From contig JBAZOT010000007.1 in NCBI GenBank assembly GCA_041648575.1, positions 1 to 60,040 on the forward strand: a DNA stretch of 60,040 nt, read 5' to 3'. Below, in pieces: positions 1 to 9,445 of this stretch. The position numbers and the translations under genes are program-made. The stretch is from Patescibacteria group bacterium. Its GTDB lineage: Bacteria > Patescibacteriota > Patescibacteriia > Veblenbacterales > UBA10138. The notes beneath the pieces are model-generated. The model made no database searches, was not told the origin of the DNA, and worked only from the letters and a program-made list of their open reading frames with translations. Position 1 is the first letter of the stretch; each line of letters opens with the position of its first letter.

Positions 1-2810
1 GTAGCGCCGGTAGAAGAAAGTGTGGTAAAAGCTCCGGTAGAAGGTGTAGTAGCACCAATGGCTGTAGAATTAATTCCAGTGGCGGTAGTATTAAAATTCG
101 CTGAAGTAAAAGTTAAATTATTAGCACCAGTAGAAATTGATGAAGCTCCCAATCCAGACAAAGCAAGCGCTCCCGAGGTGGCAGTTAAATTTAAAGCGCC
201 AGTAGTTTGAGTTAAACCATTAGAAGCGGTTAATAATCCAGCCGAAGTTATAGTACCAGTGCCAGAAGTGGAAATATTGCCTGAAGTGGTGACTGAATCT
301 CCAGCTGTGACTGGGCTTAAAGTAGTGACCGCCCGCTGCCAAAAACCGGCTGAACCACCAGAACTTGAGATAGAGCCAGCACAAACTAAATCGCCCGTAG
401 CATTGGTAACTGTACAACCAGTAGCGCCAGAACCACCGGCTATATCAACAGTGGTAGCAGAAGTAGAACCAATGGCTAAAGACCCCACCCCGTTAGTATC
501 TAAACCATAACCTGCTTGCACAGTAATGTTGCCTGTAATGGCTACATCAAAATTGGTTAAATCAATAAGCGGCGTAGTGCCAACAATATTATTATCACCA
601 ACATTAATAGCATTAACTAATTCAGCATCAGATACATCAATACCGTCAGAAATTAATCCGGAAGCTGATTGAATTTTTAAACCGTCAGCCACGGAACGGT
701 TAGTATCTAAATTATCTAAAAGTAAAAGCTGGGCAGGATCGGCGATACCAACTCCATCGGCTCTGGATATCGACATATAAGAAGTGGAGCCGTCGGCTAT
801 ACTCACGGTGAAATTAGAATCAGTGGCAGTATCGGCTAAAGTAAAAGCAATATCCCGAGCATCAGTGGTTGTAATAGTGTTACCGCCAGCATAAGCAGCT
901 TGTAAAGTACTGGCGCCGCCACCACCTACGCAATCAGACCAAGCGCTATTTTCAAAGCAGCGGAATTTATTAACGCTCTCATTGTAATACATAGCGCCCT
1001 CTGTACCAGTAGGATCACCGGCGTCAGATTTCACATCTAATACCAATAAATCAGGGGTAGCCGAACCAGCTCCGCCAGCGCCGATTTGTACATTAGCCGT
1101 AGTGGCGATGCCTTTAACTTGTAAATTTAAATCAGCAACGGTAGCTGAAATAGTTGGAGTAGTAGAAGTCAAACTTAAACTACTGGCCACTGTGACCGAA
1201 CTGCTAAAAGTTGAAGAAGCAGCCACTTTTAAAGAATCCCCAGAGCTACCACCGATAATGGCGTTGGTAGTAGAAAATTCTTTAGAGGAAAGGTTTGTAA
1301 TGCCAGCTGAACCTGAAACTCCTAAACTAGAGAATAAACCATGACCAGCCACTTGCAAGGTTCCATTGACATTAGTATTGCGTAAATTAGAAGTGCCATT
1401 AACAGTCAGAGAAGTAAGGTTTTGAATAGTAGTATCACCCAACAAATCTGTTTTACCTTGCACCATCAGGTCGCCTGCTAAATTAGTTAGACCACCCATA
1501 ACATTAAGCCCGCCAATGCTAATTTTATTATCAGTGACCGCGCCATTATCAGTTATAAAATCCAAATCAAAATTAGAAGCTTCCATACCATTCCATAATT
1601 CAGCATTTAAATTTTTAACCAGCGACCGATTATTTGTTTGAATAGTGCCATCGCCTAAGACTAAATTATAATTATTAGTGGAAACATCACCGCCAGCATT
1701 AATAGGCCCACCAGTATTCAATGTACCGCCGACATCAAGTGAATTTTCAATCTTGGCAGATCCTTTTACTGCTAGTGATTTATCAATGTTTACATTACCC
1801 TCAACTGCTACGTCATCGTGAAAAAGAGCTTTGCCCCATACCCCTAACTCTCCCTGAACTAATAATTCATCTAATAATCGGGTTGCGCCCTTTACTTCTA
1901 GAACCTGACCCACCTCAACTTTTCCTTTCAAATATACATCATCGGTAGTGATATTCCCGTTTTTAGTAACAAAAGCTAAAGTAAACTGTTCAGTGGAAAA
2001 ACCATCAATAAAGTCAGCATTTAAATTTTCCACTTTGGTTGTAGAATCAATAATAATTGGGGCAATACCATCACGGGCGTATGACCGTAGCTGGCCTTGG
2101 GTTTCTATATGTCCTTTGATAGATATATTTCCTGCTTCATTTAAAATCAATACTTCGTTAGCCTCAGTACCAGGTTTATGACCATCTAAAGTCCAAGCGT
2201 TTTTTAAAATGCTCAATAATTTATTAGGTAAATCATCAGCTAATCCCTTAGTTAAACCAAAAAACAACAGCGGTAGAACAATAAGTAAAATAATTATATA
2301 AAAAAGTACTGAATGTCTAGGTTTTTTGATTTTTTCTATTTTAGGAGGCAATTGAATAACTGGCTGTGCTGCGGTTGGTATTTGTGTTACAATTTGGCTA
2401 ACTTTAGCAGTTACATCTTTTAAAATTGGAGTTAATTCTTGTTTTAAGCTTTCAAACTTAGAATCAACATTTTGCCCTAAAATTCTAACAATTTCCTCTG
2501 TTAATACAGGTAAGGGTTGTTTTTTTACACTTTCTGGAGTAAAAACTGTCTTTTTTTCATATTCATGTTGTGCATCTTCAGCTTGTTTAGCTACATAATT
2601 TATGATTGCTTGTTTAGTAGTAAACCAATTCCTGCCCTTTTTCCACGCCAAAACACGCCCTTTTCTGGCAAGTAGTGAAATGTATTCTTGACTATAAGGG
2701 GTTAATTTAGCTGCTTCAGCTAATGTTATTAAATCCGAATCTGTCGGAGATGTATTTTGGCCAAAATCCTCGATTTTTTGAGGTTTAATAGCCTTAACAT
2801 CTGTATTCAT
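1..2810 (-). CDS. Large envelope/surface protein, C-terminus cut by the window edge (at least 936 aa): N-terminal excisionase/MerR-type HTH, one TM helix, long Gly/Thr/Ser/Asn-rich repeat (beta-helix-like) ectodomain
   Basis: Not in the ORF track because no stop lies in the window. Manual minus-strand translation from ATG at 2810 (MNTDVKAIKPQKIEDFGQNTSPTDSDLITLAEAAKLTPYSQEYISLLARKGRVLAWKKGRNWFTTKQAIINYV...) stays open to base 1; in-frame stops spot-checked at 1-242 and 2700-2762. Hydrophobic HSVLFYIIILLIVLPLLFFGL; motif GAMYYNESVNKFRCFENSAWSDC. Confidence 0.8.
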   Translation of the reverse strand, partial: MNTDVKAIKPQKIEDFGQNTSPTDSDLITLAEAAKLTPYSQEYISLLARKGRVLAWKKGRNWFTTKQAIINYVAKQAEDAQHEYEKKTVFTPESVKKQPLPVLTEEIVRILGQNVDSKFESLKQELTPILKDVTAKVSQIVTQIPTAAQPVIQLPPKIEKIKKPRHSVLFYIIILLIVLPLLFFGLTKGLADDLPNKLLSILKNAWTLDGHKPGTEANEVLILNEAGNISIKGHIETQGQLRSYARDGIAPIIIDSTTKVENLNADFIDGFSTEQFTLAFVTKNGNITTDDVYLKGKVEVGQVLEVKGATRLLDELLVQGELGVWGKALFHDDVAVEGNVNIDKSLAVKGSAKIENSLDVGGTLNTGGPINAGGDVSTNNYNLVLGDGTIQTNNRSLVKNLNAELWNGMEASNFDLDFITDNGAVTDNKISIGGLNVMGGLTNLAGDLMVQGKTDLLGDTTIQNLTSLTVNGTSNLRNTNVNGTLQVAGHGLFSSLGVSGSAGITNLSSKEFSTTNAIIGGSSGDSLKVAASSTFSSSVTVASSLSLTSTTPTISATVADLNLQVKGIATTANVQIGAGGAGSATPDLLVLDVKSDAGDPTGTEGAMYYNESVNKFRCFENSAWSDCVGGGGASTLQAAYAGGNTITTTDARDIAFTLADTATDSNFTVSIADGSTSYMSISRADGVGIADPAQLLLLDNLDTNRSVADGLKIQSASGLISDGIDVSDAELVNAINVGDNNIVGTTPLIDLTNFDVAITGNITVQAGYGLDTNGVGSLAIGSTSATTVDIAGGSGATGCTVTNATGDLVCAGSISSSGGSAGFWQRAVTTLSPVTAGDSVTTSGNISTSGTGTITSAGLLTASNGLTQTTGALNLTATSGALALSGLGASSISTGANNLTFTSANFNTTATGINSTAIGATTPSTGAFTTLSSTGA

Positions 2811-2909
2811 ACAGACTTATTAGACTTTGTTTAGACAAACTAATTTATATAATATTGATTAATTTTATTATATTCCATTTTTTAAAATATTCATTTTTGC
2901 TGGCTTTTT

Positions 2910-2944
2910 TATATCCGATACTATATCCGATACCATATCGCTAC
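2910..2944. repeat. 12-nt tandem direct repeat TATATCCGATAC x2 plus a degenerate third unit, upstream of the large surface-protein gene
   Basis: tatatccgatac (2910-2921) and tatatccgatac (2922-2933), followed by catatcgctac; lies about 100-130 nt upstream of the ATG at 2810. Confidence 0.7.
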
Positions 2945-2986
2945 TTTATAAGATAGCATATAATACACTACTTGTCAATAATTTTG

Positions 2987-3083
2987 TCAACCCTTCGAAA
3001 CCCCAATAGCAAGCATCGGTGCTTGCTATCTCAGGGTTGACTCTGAGCGATAAGCCCTTTGGGCTTGTCGCCGAAGAGTCAAG
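2987..3083. repeat. GC-rich compound palindromic (REP/MITE-like) intergenic element
   Basis: TCAACCCT...AGGGTTGA encloses the perfect hairpin TAGCAAGCA-TCGG-TGCTTGCTA. It is followed by the imperfect hairpin GTTGACTCTGAGCGATAAGCCC-TTT-GGGCTTGTCGCCGAAGAGTCAAG. GC-rich island in AT-rich spacer. Confidence 0.6.
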
Positions 3084-3092
3084 ATAAAATAC

Positions 3093-3122
3093 AAAAAACT
3101 ATCCCGTACGGGATAGTTTTTA
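3093..3122. terminator. Bidirectional rho-independent terminator
   Basis: AAAAAA-CTATCCCGTACGGGATAG-TTTTTA; perfect stem flanked by an A-run and a T-run, directly downstream of the stop of 3147..5549 (-). Confidence 0.75.
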
Positions 3123-3146
3123 TTTGGCTAATACTAGTAATTCTAA

Positions 3147-5549
3147 TTATGGCTGCGTTTCTGTTGTTTCAGCACTACCTTCTGCGCTATTTTTAGCAGA
3201 TTTAGCCGTTTTTATTGCATCTATTTTATCCAATATAGTTTTATTGTCTGGATTAGTCTTTAATGCTATTTCCAATTGTCCTATCGCATTATCATAATCA
3301 CCCATTGCTTCATAAACAAGGGCTGTAGCATATAAGGCGTTAGCATGACTAGGTACTAATGAAATTATGCTTTTAAATGCCTCCAAAGCTTTATCATTTG
3401 CCTGTTGTGTGAAATATAAATTGCCTAGTTCAAATAAAACATCAACATCATTAGGGTTAAATTCTCGCATTCTTTCCAACTTCCCTATAGCTTCATTGAT
3501 TTTACCCTGTAATTCATAGGCCAATACTTGATTAAAATGAGCTGGCGTATATGTATCTTTTAACTTAATCGCCTGATCAAATTGCGCTAAAGCTAGAGTA
3601 ATTTGATCATTTGCCTCTGTTTCTAATTGATCTTTTTGAGCCCCATTTTGCTTTGCTTCTTGCATTTTTCTGCTGGCTGACAATAAATAAGCTTTACCTA
3701 ATTCAGTATAAAGAGCGGGATTTGATGGTTCTCGTTTAATTGCTTGGCTAAATGAATCAATTACCCAATTTTCTGAATCCTTAGCAAAAAGCACCGTTCC
3801 TCGATAAATTGATCCCAAAGCCTCCCAATTAGCTACATTTTCTGGGCCCAAATCAGTGGCTAATCTAGCCTGATTTATCGATAATGCCACATAATTACGC
3901 AAATTATTCAATTGTTGTTGCTTTCCTTGCTCTGTATCCGCTGGCTGACTATTTGCTACTATATTTGCCTGCGCCAATAAAACTTGGGCAAAACTAATGT
4001 GATAAATGTCTCGCCAGGGATTTAAATTTACTGCTTCCTGCAAATGTAATGTTGCTTGATTAAGTGTATTTATGTCTCTCGCCTCTACTCGAGCTTTAGC
4101 ATAAGCCACGTCTGCCATCCAAAAACGTCCTACTCCATAAAATACTCCCAAGGCAACCAACACAACTAATGCCAAGCCAAATGAAAATATAAAAGCCGCT
4201 CTTGGAGACGAGGTTAAGGATATGGTTTTTTCTTTTGGTTCTGATAATACTAACAATAATGCTAAAATTAGCCAAAAAGAAACAGCTGATACAGTATTGG
4301 TAAAATAAAATATTTGGCTAATCAAAACTACCAAAAAACTAGCAGAAACAGCTGCTTTTAAGTACCAATCGGCACTGTTCTTATCTTTGAGTATTTTCCA
4401 AATAAAGCCAAGGGTAAAAATAAAAATAGCCAAATATACTAAAAATCCTAAGAAACCAGTGGTACTTAACACCTGCGCAAAATCACTACCTGCTTTATCA
4501 AAGCGAAATGCCCAGAAATTAGAATCATTAAAGCTTTCTGGTTTGTATTTAGAAAATCCAAAAATGAACGTTTCTGGTCCGGTGCCTAATACCGGATTGG
4601 CTTTAACATTTTGCATGGCTATTTTCCAGCTAGCATTAGCCGATAAATTAATCTCTACTGGGGTTTGTACTTGAGTTAGCGCGGGAATAGACAATGGCCA
4701 AGCAATAACAGCTAGTAATAATAACAACGATGGCAACATAGTCCATTTAAAGCCAACTTGCTCATTTTTAATAAAGATTAACACTAGCCAAACCACTAAA
4801 CCAACTACTAGGGCTAGCCAGCCAAGTTGATAATCAATCAATAACATGGCCAAACCAGCTAAGATCACAAATATTAATGAACCTATTCGCGAAACCACGT
4901 TTTTTCCAGCTTTTGCCAGCCATAAACCAATCGGAATACCAGCTGCTAGCAGTAAAACGACCGAATTCAAGGAATTTCCTAACAAGTAAAAATTTGCTGG
5001 TTGCTCAATAATAAAGGAAAATGCTTTTATTCCAAAAAGCTGTAATATTAGCAAAAAAGTAGCAATACCCAAAGATGTAAGCCACCAGCCAGCCAATTTT
5101 TGAACCCCTTGAGCACCTTTAATATTATTGATTAATAAGAAAAACAGTAAAACATAAGCTACCACGCTTATTAAACCACCATTAAACCTACCGTAAAAAC
5201 CAAATACAGAAGTGATTTGATCTACGGAAAAAACTGTTGCCAGAGCCACTACAATCAACCACGCCAACACTAACCAGTTAAATAGCGTTTTCTTAAATAA
5301 GGTACCTTTGTTAAATACTCCCTTAGCTACCCAAAAAACAAACAATAATATAGTTAAGACCAATAACAAGAACTGCTTGTTTAATTCAAAAACCTCAAAA
5401 GTCCACGGTAAAAAAAACAAAGGAATAATAAATACTATTGCTATTAAACCCCAATGAATCAGTTTATCAAAAATACCATTACTTTCTGAGATTACACTAT
5501 CGTCTGCGCTTGGTTGGTTAAAACTTGAAAAAGCTTGGGTAAAATCCAT
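3147..5549 (-). CDS. O-antigen ligase/polymerase-like polytopic membrane protein fused to C-terminal TPR repeats
   Basis: 800 aa. About 12 hydrophobic helices in the N-terminal 470 aa with a GTGPETF motif region. The C-terminal 330 aa has repeated TPR-like A..Y..G/A...A patterns (ALYATALVYEAMGDYDNAIGQLEIALKTNP). Confidence 0.6.
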   Translation of the reverse strand: MDFTQAFSSFNQPSADDSVISESNGIFDKLIHWGLIAIVFIIPLFFLPWTFEVFELNKQFLLLVLTILLFVFWVAKGVFNKGTLFKKTLFNWLVLAWLIVVALATVFSVDQITSVFGFYGRFNGGLISVVAYVLLFFLLINNIKGAQGVQKLAGWWLTSLGIATFLLILQLFGIKAFSFIIEQPANFYLLGNSLNSVVLLLAAGIPIGLWLAKAGKNVVSRIGSLIFVILAGLAMLLIDYQLGWLALVVGLVVWLVLIFIKNEQVGFKWTMLPSLLLLLAVIAWPLSIPALTQVQTPVEINLSANASWKIAMQNVKANPVLGTGPETFIFGFSKYKPESFNDSNFWAFRFDKAGSDFAQVLSTTGFLGFLVYLAIFIFTLGFIWKILKDKNSADWYLKAAVSASFLVVLISQIFYFTNTVSAVSFWLILALLLVLSEPKEKTISLTSSPRAAFIFSFGLALVVLVALGVFYGVGRFWMADVAYAKARVEARDINTLNQATLHLQEAVNLNPWRDIYHISFAQVLLAQANIVANSQPADTEQGKQQQLNNLRNYVALSINQARLATDLGPENVANWEALGSIYRGTVLFAKDSENWVIDSFSQAIKREPSNPALYTELGKAYLLSASRKMQEAKQNGAQKDQLETEANDQITLALAQFDQAIKLKDTYTPAHFNQVLAYELQGKINEAIGKLERMREFNPNDVDVLFELGNLYFTQQANDKALEAFKSIISLVPSHANALYATALVYEAMGDYDNAIGQLEIALKTNPDNKTILDKIDAIKTAKSAKNSAEGSAETTETQP

Positions 5550-5647
5550 AGGTTTATATAACTAATAATTAATTTTATAAAATTAAAGGCTACTACCATT
5601 ATAGATAAACTGCAATCTTTTCGCAATAATAATCTAACTACACACTT

Positions 5648-5719
5648 TGCCCCCAAGAGGAATCGAACCTCTATTACGAGATCCGGAATCTCGTGTCCTA
5701 TCCATTAAACGATGGAGGC
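5648..5719 (-). tRNA. tRNA-Arg (anticodon CCG), no encoded CCA
   Basis: Minus strand GCCTCCA TC GTTTAATGGATAGGAC A CGAGA TTCCGGA TCTCG TAAT AGAGG TTCGATT CCTCT TGGGGGC A; cloverleaf folds by hand, TTCGATT T-loop. Confidence 0.85.
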
Positions 5720-5734
5720 CCAACTTAACAATTT

Positions 5735-6457
5735 CTATAATTTACCAGCCTTAATAAATTGATCAACAATAACCACATCATCTGGTTTGGTAAAATCTAA
5801 CCAATAATCATTAAGTTTTTTTATTTTTACCTTTCCTTGTTTAGCTAAAATATTAACAGCATCTGTTAATTCATATTCGTTGCGTTTTGATAAAGTAACC
5901 TCGGATAGGATTGAAAAAATTTCTGGAGTAAAAGAATAAAGTCCAGTATTTATTAAATTACCAACTGGCGTTTGTGGTTTTTCTATAATCTGTTGTAAAT
6001 AATTATCTCTGTCAGGAATTAAGACGCCATATTTTTCAGGATGATCATGTACTAATCCGGCAACATAATTAAATTCACCCCCCGTCTTCATCGTTCCCAA
6101 ATCGCGACTGGAATATAAATTATCACCGCTTACTGCTACAAAAGATTCCTCAGCTAATAAATGCTCTACAGCTTGTATGGGGCATAAGGTGCCGTAATGT
6201 CCAGAAGGTACATATTTTGTCTGGTCAACAATTTCCATTGGCAGCCCTGACCAATTGCTTAATCTTTCCACCATAATCTTTTTTTGGTAGCCAACTACCA
6301 CTACTAATTTTTTAAAACCGGCCTGATTTAAATTATCCAATAAATAAAATAAAAAGGGACGGCGAGCTACCTCTATCACATGCTTTGGTTGCTCGGCGCT
6401 TAATTCTTTCATTCTGGTGCCTTTGCCAGCGGCTAAAATTACGGCGGTAGTTATCAT
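5735..6457 (-). CDS. Sugar-phosphate nucleotidyltransferase (NTP_transferase family)
   Basis: MITTAVILAAGKGTRM... G-x-G-T-R signature. Start placed at ATG 6457, which forms an ATGA overlap with the upstream stop; the track start at 6487 would overlap 34 nt. Confidence 0.75.
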   Translation of the reverse strand: MITTAVILAAGKGTRMKELSAEQPKHVIEVARRPFLFYLLDNLNQAGFKKLVVVVGYQKKIMVERLSNWSGLPMEIVDQTKYVPSGHYGTLCPIQAVEHLLAEESFVAVSGDNLYSSRDLGTMKTGGEFNYVAGLVHDHPEKYGVLIPDRDNYLQQIIEKPQTPVGNLINTGLYSFTPEIFSILSEVTLSKRNEYELTDAVNILAKQGKVKIKKLNDYWLDFTKPDDVVIVDQFIKAGKL

Positions 6458-7392
6458 AAATTTAAATCGCTTAACTTTTGTTGCCACAGCTTAAAATAAT
6501 ACTCTCTTCTATCATGCTCATGAAATTTTAGCACTTCATTGGTAATTAATACAGTAGTATCTTGATTGGCTTTTAATTTTAATTGCTCTGGTAATAACCA
6601 CCTATCTTGTATCATTCTAACTAACGGTTCAAACCAGGATAAAGTAAGTAATTTAGCAATGAATCTTGCCGTTTTAACTAACCGAGAAACTTCTGGTATT
6701 ATAGCTTGCAAGTTAATGTTTAGGTTGGGAAAATTTTTCAACCAATCATTATTAGCTTGAACTAATTGTTTACCAACGCCATCATCAAACAACACTGTTA
6801 TTTGAGTAAACCAAAAATGAAAATAGACATCTGGTTTGGCAATCATTAAGTCGGTCATATTTAAATGGCTATCACTTAAATAAAAACTAAAACACAATCC
6901 ATCTTGTTGATGGGAAACAGTCGGACGCAAGCCAAAAATTTTAGCCAAACCAGTCAGCCAAAATCTGGTCAACCATAATTTATGTTGCCGTGCCACAATA
7001 AACAAATCTATATCATCAGTTACTTGTGGGTTGCGATAGCCAACTGAATTAACCAAAGCAATAAGCCTTACCGAAGGGAGTAGAATAAATAGCTTTACCC
7101 AACGAATTACTTTACGGAATTTAAATGCTGCCAAACGATACCGTTGTTGACGCACTGGTAAATATTCTGGCGACGACGCCATCTGCCAAAATCCTAAACT
7201 ACACTTTACTATTTTCTTATCTTGTAGTTTATTTAAACATTGCTCAATTAACACTAAATCAACCCGCCCCTGTTGTTGCTCGGGATCATAAAGCAAACGC
7301 CAACACTGAACCGTGGTTAAGGGATATTGAAAAATATCAAAAAAAACAATTGTTCTTAAAATCGCTGGTTCTAAAAAATTATCAGTGCTCAT
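6454..7392 (-). CDS. Hypothetical protein, possible Pol-beta-superfamily nucleotidyltransferase fold
   Basis: 312 aa; NSVGYRNPQVTDDIDLFIV resembles the G[SY]-x(n)-D-x-D nucleotidyltransferase motif; translationally coupled to the downstream nucleotidyltransferase. Confidence 0.35.
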   Translation of the reverse strand: MSTDNFLEPAILRTIVFFDIFQYPLTTVQCWRLLYDPEQQQGRVDLVLIEQCLNKLQDKKIVKCSLGFWQMASSPEYLPVRQQRYRLAAFKFRKVIRWVKLFILLPSVRLIALVNSVGYRNPQVTDDIDLFIVARQHKLWLTRFWLTGLAKIFGLRPTVSHQQDGLCFSFYLSDSHLNMTDLMIAKPDVYFHFWFTQITVLFDDGVGKQLVQANNDWLKNFPNLNINLQAIIPEVSRLVKTARFIAKLLTLSWFEPLVRMIQDRWLLPEQLKLKANQDTTVLITNEVLKFHEHDRREYYFKLWQQKLSDLNL

Positions 7393-7395
7393 ATT

Positions 7396-8397
7396 TTATC
7401 TTAATAAATAACGGGAATATTTATAAAGCCAATACCAAGTTTTCTGATAAGGAAAGTCAAAAGTTCCCAAAAAATTTACTTGCCTACCGCCCCAACCCAG
7501 TTTAAATCGTGTGACACCTTTCCAAGTTGCCTGATGATGCTGCGGCGTACTAATTCCCCACCAGTCATATAATTCAAAACCTAATTTTTTAACTTCTTGA
7601 ATAGTTTGCCAATGCAATAAATAAGTCGGCATTAATTCCCGATCCTTATTCGAAGACGCCCCATGCAAATAAGTAACAACCTTACCAGAAAAAATAAGCA
7701 GGCTAGAAGCTAACAATTCGCTCCCTTGATAAACTTCGGCAAATCGTATAGCCAATTCTGATGTTTCTAAATTTTCAGGCACAAACATATTTACTAATTG
7801 CTCATAGTGACGCTTGATGTGTGTTTTAAATTGATCACGACCAGCGGTTTCCTGTAGTAATCGCCAAAATCCTACCAACCCATCTTTGCTTTGCAAGCGC
7901 CAGGTTAAACCTTTTTTCTCGGCCAAATGTATATTATAACGGGTTTTTTGATGCATACCAGCTAAAATCTCATCCAGACTCTGTGTTAAATCTAATAATA
8001 AAGTCGCGGCTGGTTGTACTGATTTAGTTTTTATTAAACCATCTACCGCGCTGCTACTTTCCCCTAATAATATATTTGGCTCTAAACGCAAAAATAATCC
8101 CTTGTTTTGATATCTAAGTTTCAACATCTCCAAAACCGGCGCTAAATACTTTACTTCGGCTACTTGCGGGCCTTTGGGTAGATAAAAATAAGAAAAATTA
8201 ACAGGCAAACGCCGGCAAACCACTACTGCGCTGGCTACTAATTTTCCCTGATCGTAAAACCCCAAACTCTCTGCGTGATGACCCTGGCTTTGCTCAAAAT
8301 TCTGCCAAGCTGGTGTTTGTAAAAACAATCCGCTGGTTGGCGGTAAACTGGCAATAAAAGCAGCGAGATCGTCAGTTGATATTTTCTTTAATTCCAT
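7396..8397 (-). CDS. FemAB-family peptidoglycan interpeptide-bridge aminoacyltransferase
   Basis: 333 aa; typical FemAB-like pattern ...SGKVVTYLHGASSNKDRELMPTYLLHWQTIQEVKKLGFELYDWWGI. Confidence 0.7.
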   Translation of the reverse strand: MELKKISTDDLAAFIASLPPTSGLFLQTPAWQNFEQSQGHHAESLGFYDQGKLVASAVVVCRRLPVNFSYFYLPKGPQVAEVKYLAPVLEMLKLRYQNKGLFLRLEPNILLGESSSAVDGLIKTKSVQPAATLLLDLTQSLDEILAGMHQKTRYNIHLAEKKGLTWRLQSKDGLVGFWRLLQETAGRDQFKTHIKRHYEQLVNMFVPENLETSELAIRFAEVYQGSELLASSLLIFSGKVVTYLHGASSNKDRELMPTYLLHWQTIQEVKKLGFELYDWWGISTPQHHQATWKGVTRFKLGWGGRQVNFLGTFDFPYQKTWYWLYKYSRYLLR

Positions 8398-8400
8398 AAC

Positions 8401-8967
8401 TTAAGCCCGACTTAAAGCTTTGAGTGCTGCTTTAACTTTTTCTTCTATACTGCCAGCTTTATCTTTAATACTTCTTACTGCCTGCCGAGCTTCACTTTGG
8501 GAATATCCTAAATTAACAATAGCTTCCAAAACCATCTGGTCATCTCCGGCCGGGCCTGCGGCAATACCTGATTCTAATTTATCTTTTAATTCCACTACCA
8601 ATCTTTCGGCTGTTTTTTTACCAATACCGTGCACAGCGTGCAAGCTACTGGCATCTTGATTTACCACCGCTCGCCTAATTTCTTCTGGTCGCGCTGCTTC
8701 TAAAATATTTAAAGCCGAGCGTGGACCGATACCAGATACAGTTAATAATAATTTAAAAAAATGCAATTCATCTTTTTTTACAAAACCATAAAGCTCCATT
8801 AAATCCTCGCGAACATTTAAATGGGTATAAAGGGAAACTTCGGCGCCCTCGGCTAATTTAGACAAAAGATCAGTAGTACAAGAAACTTCATAACCAACGC
8901 CGCCAGTTGCCACGATTATCGAGCGTTCAGTTCTGCCTATCACCTTACCTGAAATTTGAGCTATCAT
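8401..8967 (-). CDS. ruvA: Holliday junction DNA helicase subunit RuvA
   Basis: MIAQISGKVIG...VGYEV...LYTHLNVREDLMELYGF...FKLLLTVSGIGPRSALNIL...HGIGKKTAERLVVELK. Confidence 0.95.
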   Translation of the reverse strand: MIAQISGKVIGRTERSIIVATGGVGYEVSCTTDLLSKLAEGAEVSLYTHLNVREDLMELYGFVKKDELHFFKLLLTVSGIGPRSALNILEAARPEEIRRAVVNQDASSLHAVHGIGKKTAERLVVELKDKLESGIAAGPAGDDQMVLEAIVNLGYSQSEARQAVRSIKDKAGSIEEKVKAALKALSRA

Positions 8968-8995
8968 ATACTAATTATAATTGACTTTTCACTCA

Positions 8996-9024
8996 TTGAC
9001 AAAATACCACTTTTAAACTAAACT
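8996..9024 (+). promoter_or_regulatory. Sigma70-like promoter for the small membrane-protein gene
   Basis: TTGACA (8996-9001), 17-nt spacer, TAAACT (9019-9024). Confidence 0.5.
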
Positions 9025-9071
9025 GGCTAACATAATTAACATTGTTCTCAAACAAATATATAAGGTGATGT

Positions 9072-9242
9072 ATGTCTGACTGGACTATTATCTCGATAAT
9101 TGCATTAGTTGTTTCGGCATTAATATTATTACTTGCTTGTAAATTTTCCAAAAAAGACAAGCTTAACATTTTCTTTTCTTATTCTATGATAGCGATAATA
9201 GTTATAAGTCTCTGGTCTTTAATATCCTCACTCTTAAGTTAA
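9072..9242 (+). CDS. Small two-TM membrane protein (56 aa), below the ORF-track size cutoff
   Basis: AAGGTGA SD 5 nt upstream of ATG; MSDWTIISIIALVVSALILLLACKFSKKDKLNIFFSYSMIAIIVISLWSLISSLLS. Confidence 0.5.
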   Translation: MSDWTIISIIALVVSALILLLACKFSKKDKLNIFFSYSMIAIIVISLWSLISSLLS

Positions 9243-9340
9243 AGGCCTTTTGATGACTATTATTTATCCTTTAAAGCCACGATCGATGAACTATATCGAA
9301 ACCGGGCTTTTTTTATTTAATGTTATACTAAATTAGTAAT

Positions 9341-9445
9341 ATGAAATTCATTTTAAAATCTCCTTTTAAACCAACTGGCGACCCCGAACAAGTCCCGCCT
9401 GTGGCGGGACTATACGGGGCGAGACGAGCTATAAAAAACTTATGA
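9341..9445 (+). pseudogene. Remnant copy of the uvrB 5-prime end (14 codons) fused to a GC-rich hairpin insert; 34-codon leader ORF ending in an ATGA overlap with uvrB
   Basis: MKFILKSPFKPTGD (9341-9382) parallels the intact uvrB N-terminus M-SKTR-FILKSSFKPTGD (9442-). The frame then runs through the insert to TGA at 9443-9445. TATACT -10-like box at 9324-9329. Confidence 0.7.
9382..9419. repeat. GC-rich hairpin insert between the two uvrB 5-prime copies
   Basis: CCCCG-AACAA-GTCCCGCC-TGT-GGCGGGAC-TATA-CGGGG; perfect 8-bp inner stem and 5-bp outer stem in AT-rich context. Confidence 0.75.

Noticed and set aside
4387-4674. Numerous 60-140-aa track ORFs nested inside or antisense to long genes: 220..417, 259..510, 1102..1344, 4387..4674, 8420..8659, 10863..11222, 11737..11992, 13753..13962, 22392..22667, 23016..23327, 28330..28569, 33041..33370, 33775..34164, 34216..34629, 38802..39029, 40352..40748, 47293..47723, 48845..49298, 50300..50494, 52337..54260 and 58151..59109
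   Set aside because: All overlap confidently assigned genes on the same or opposite strand. They lack SD sites and have compositionally odd, low-complexity translations. Treated as spurious.
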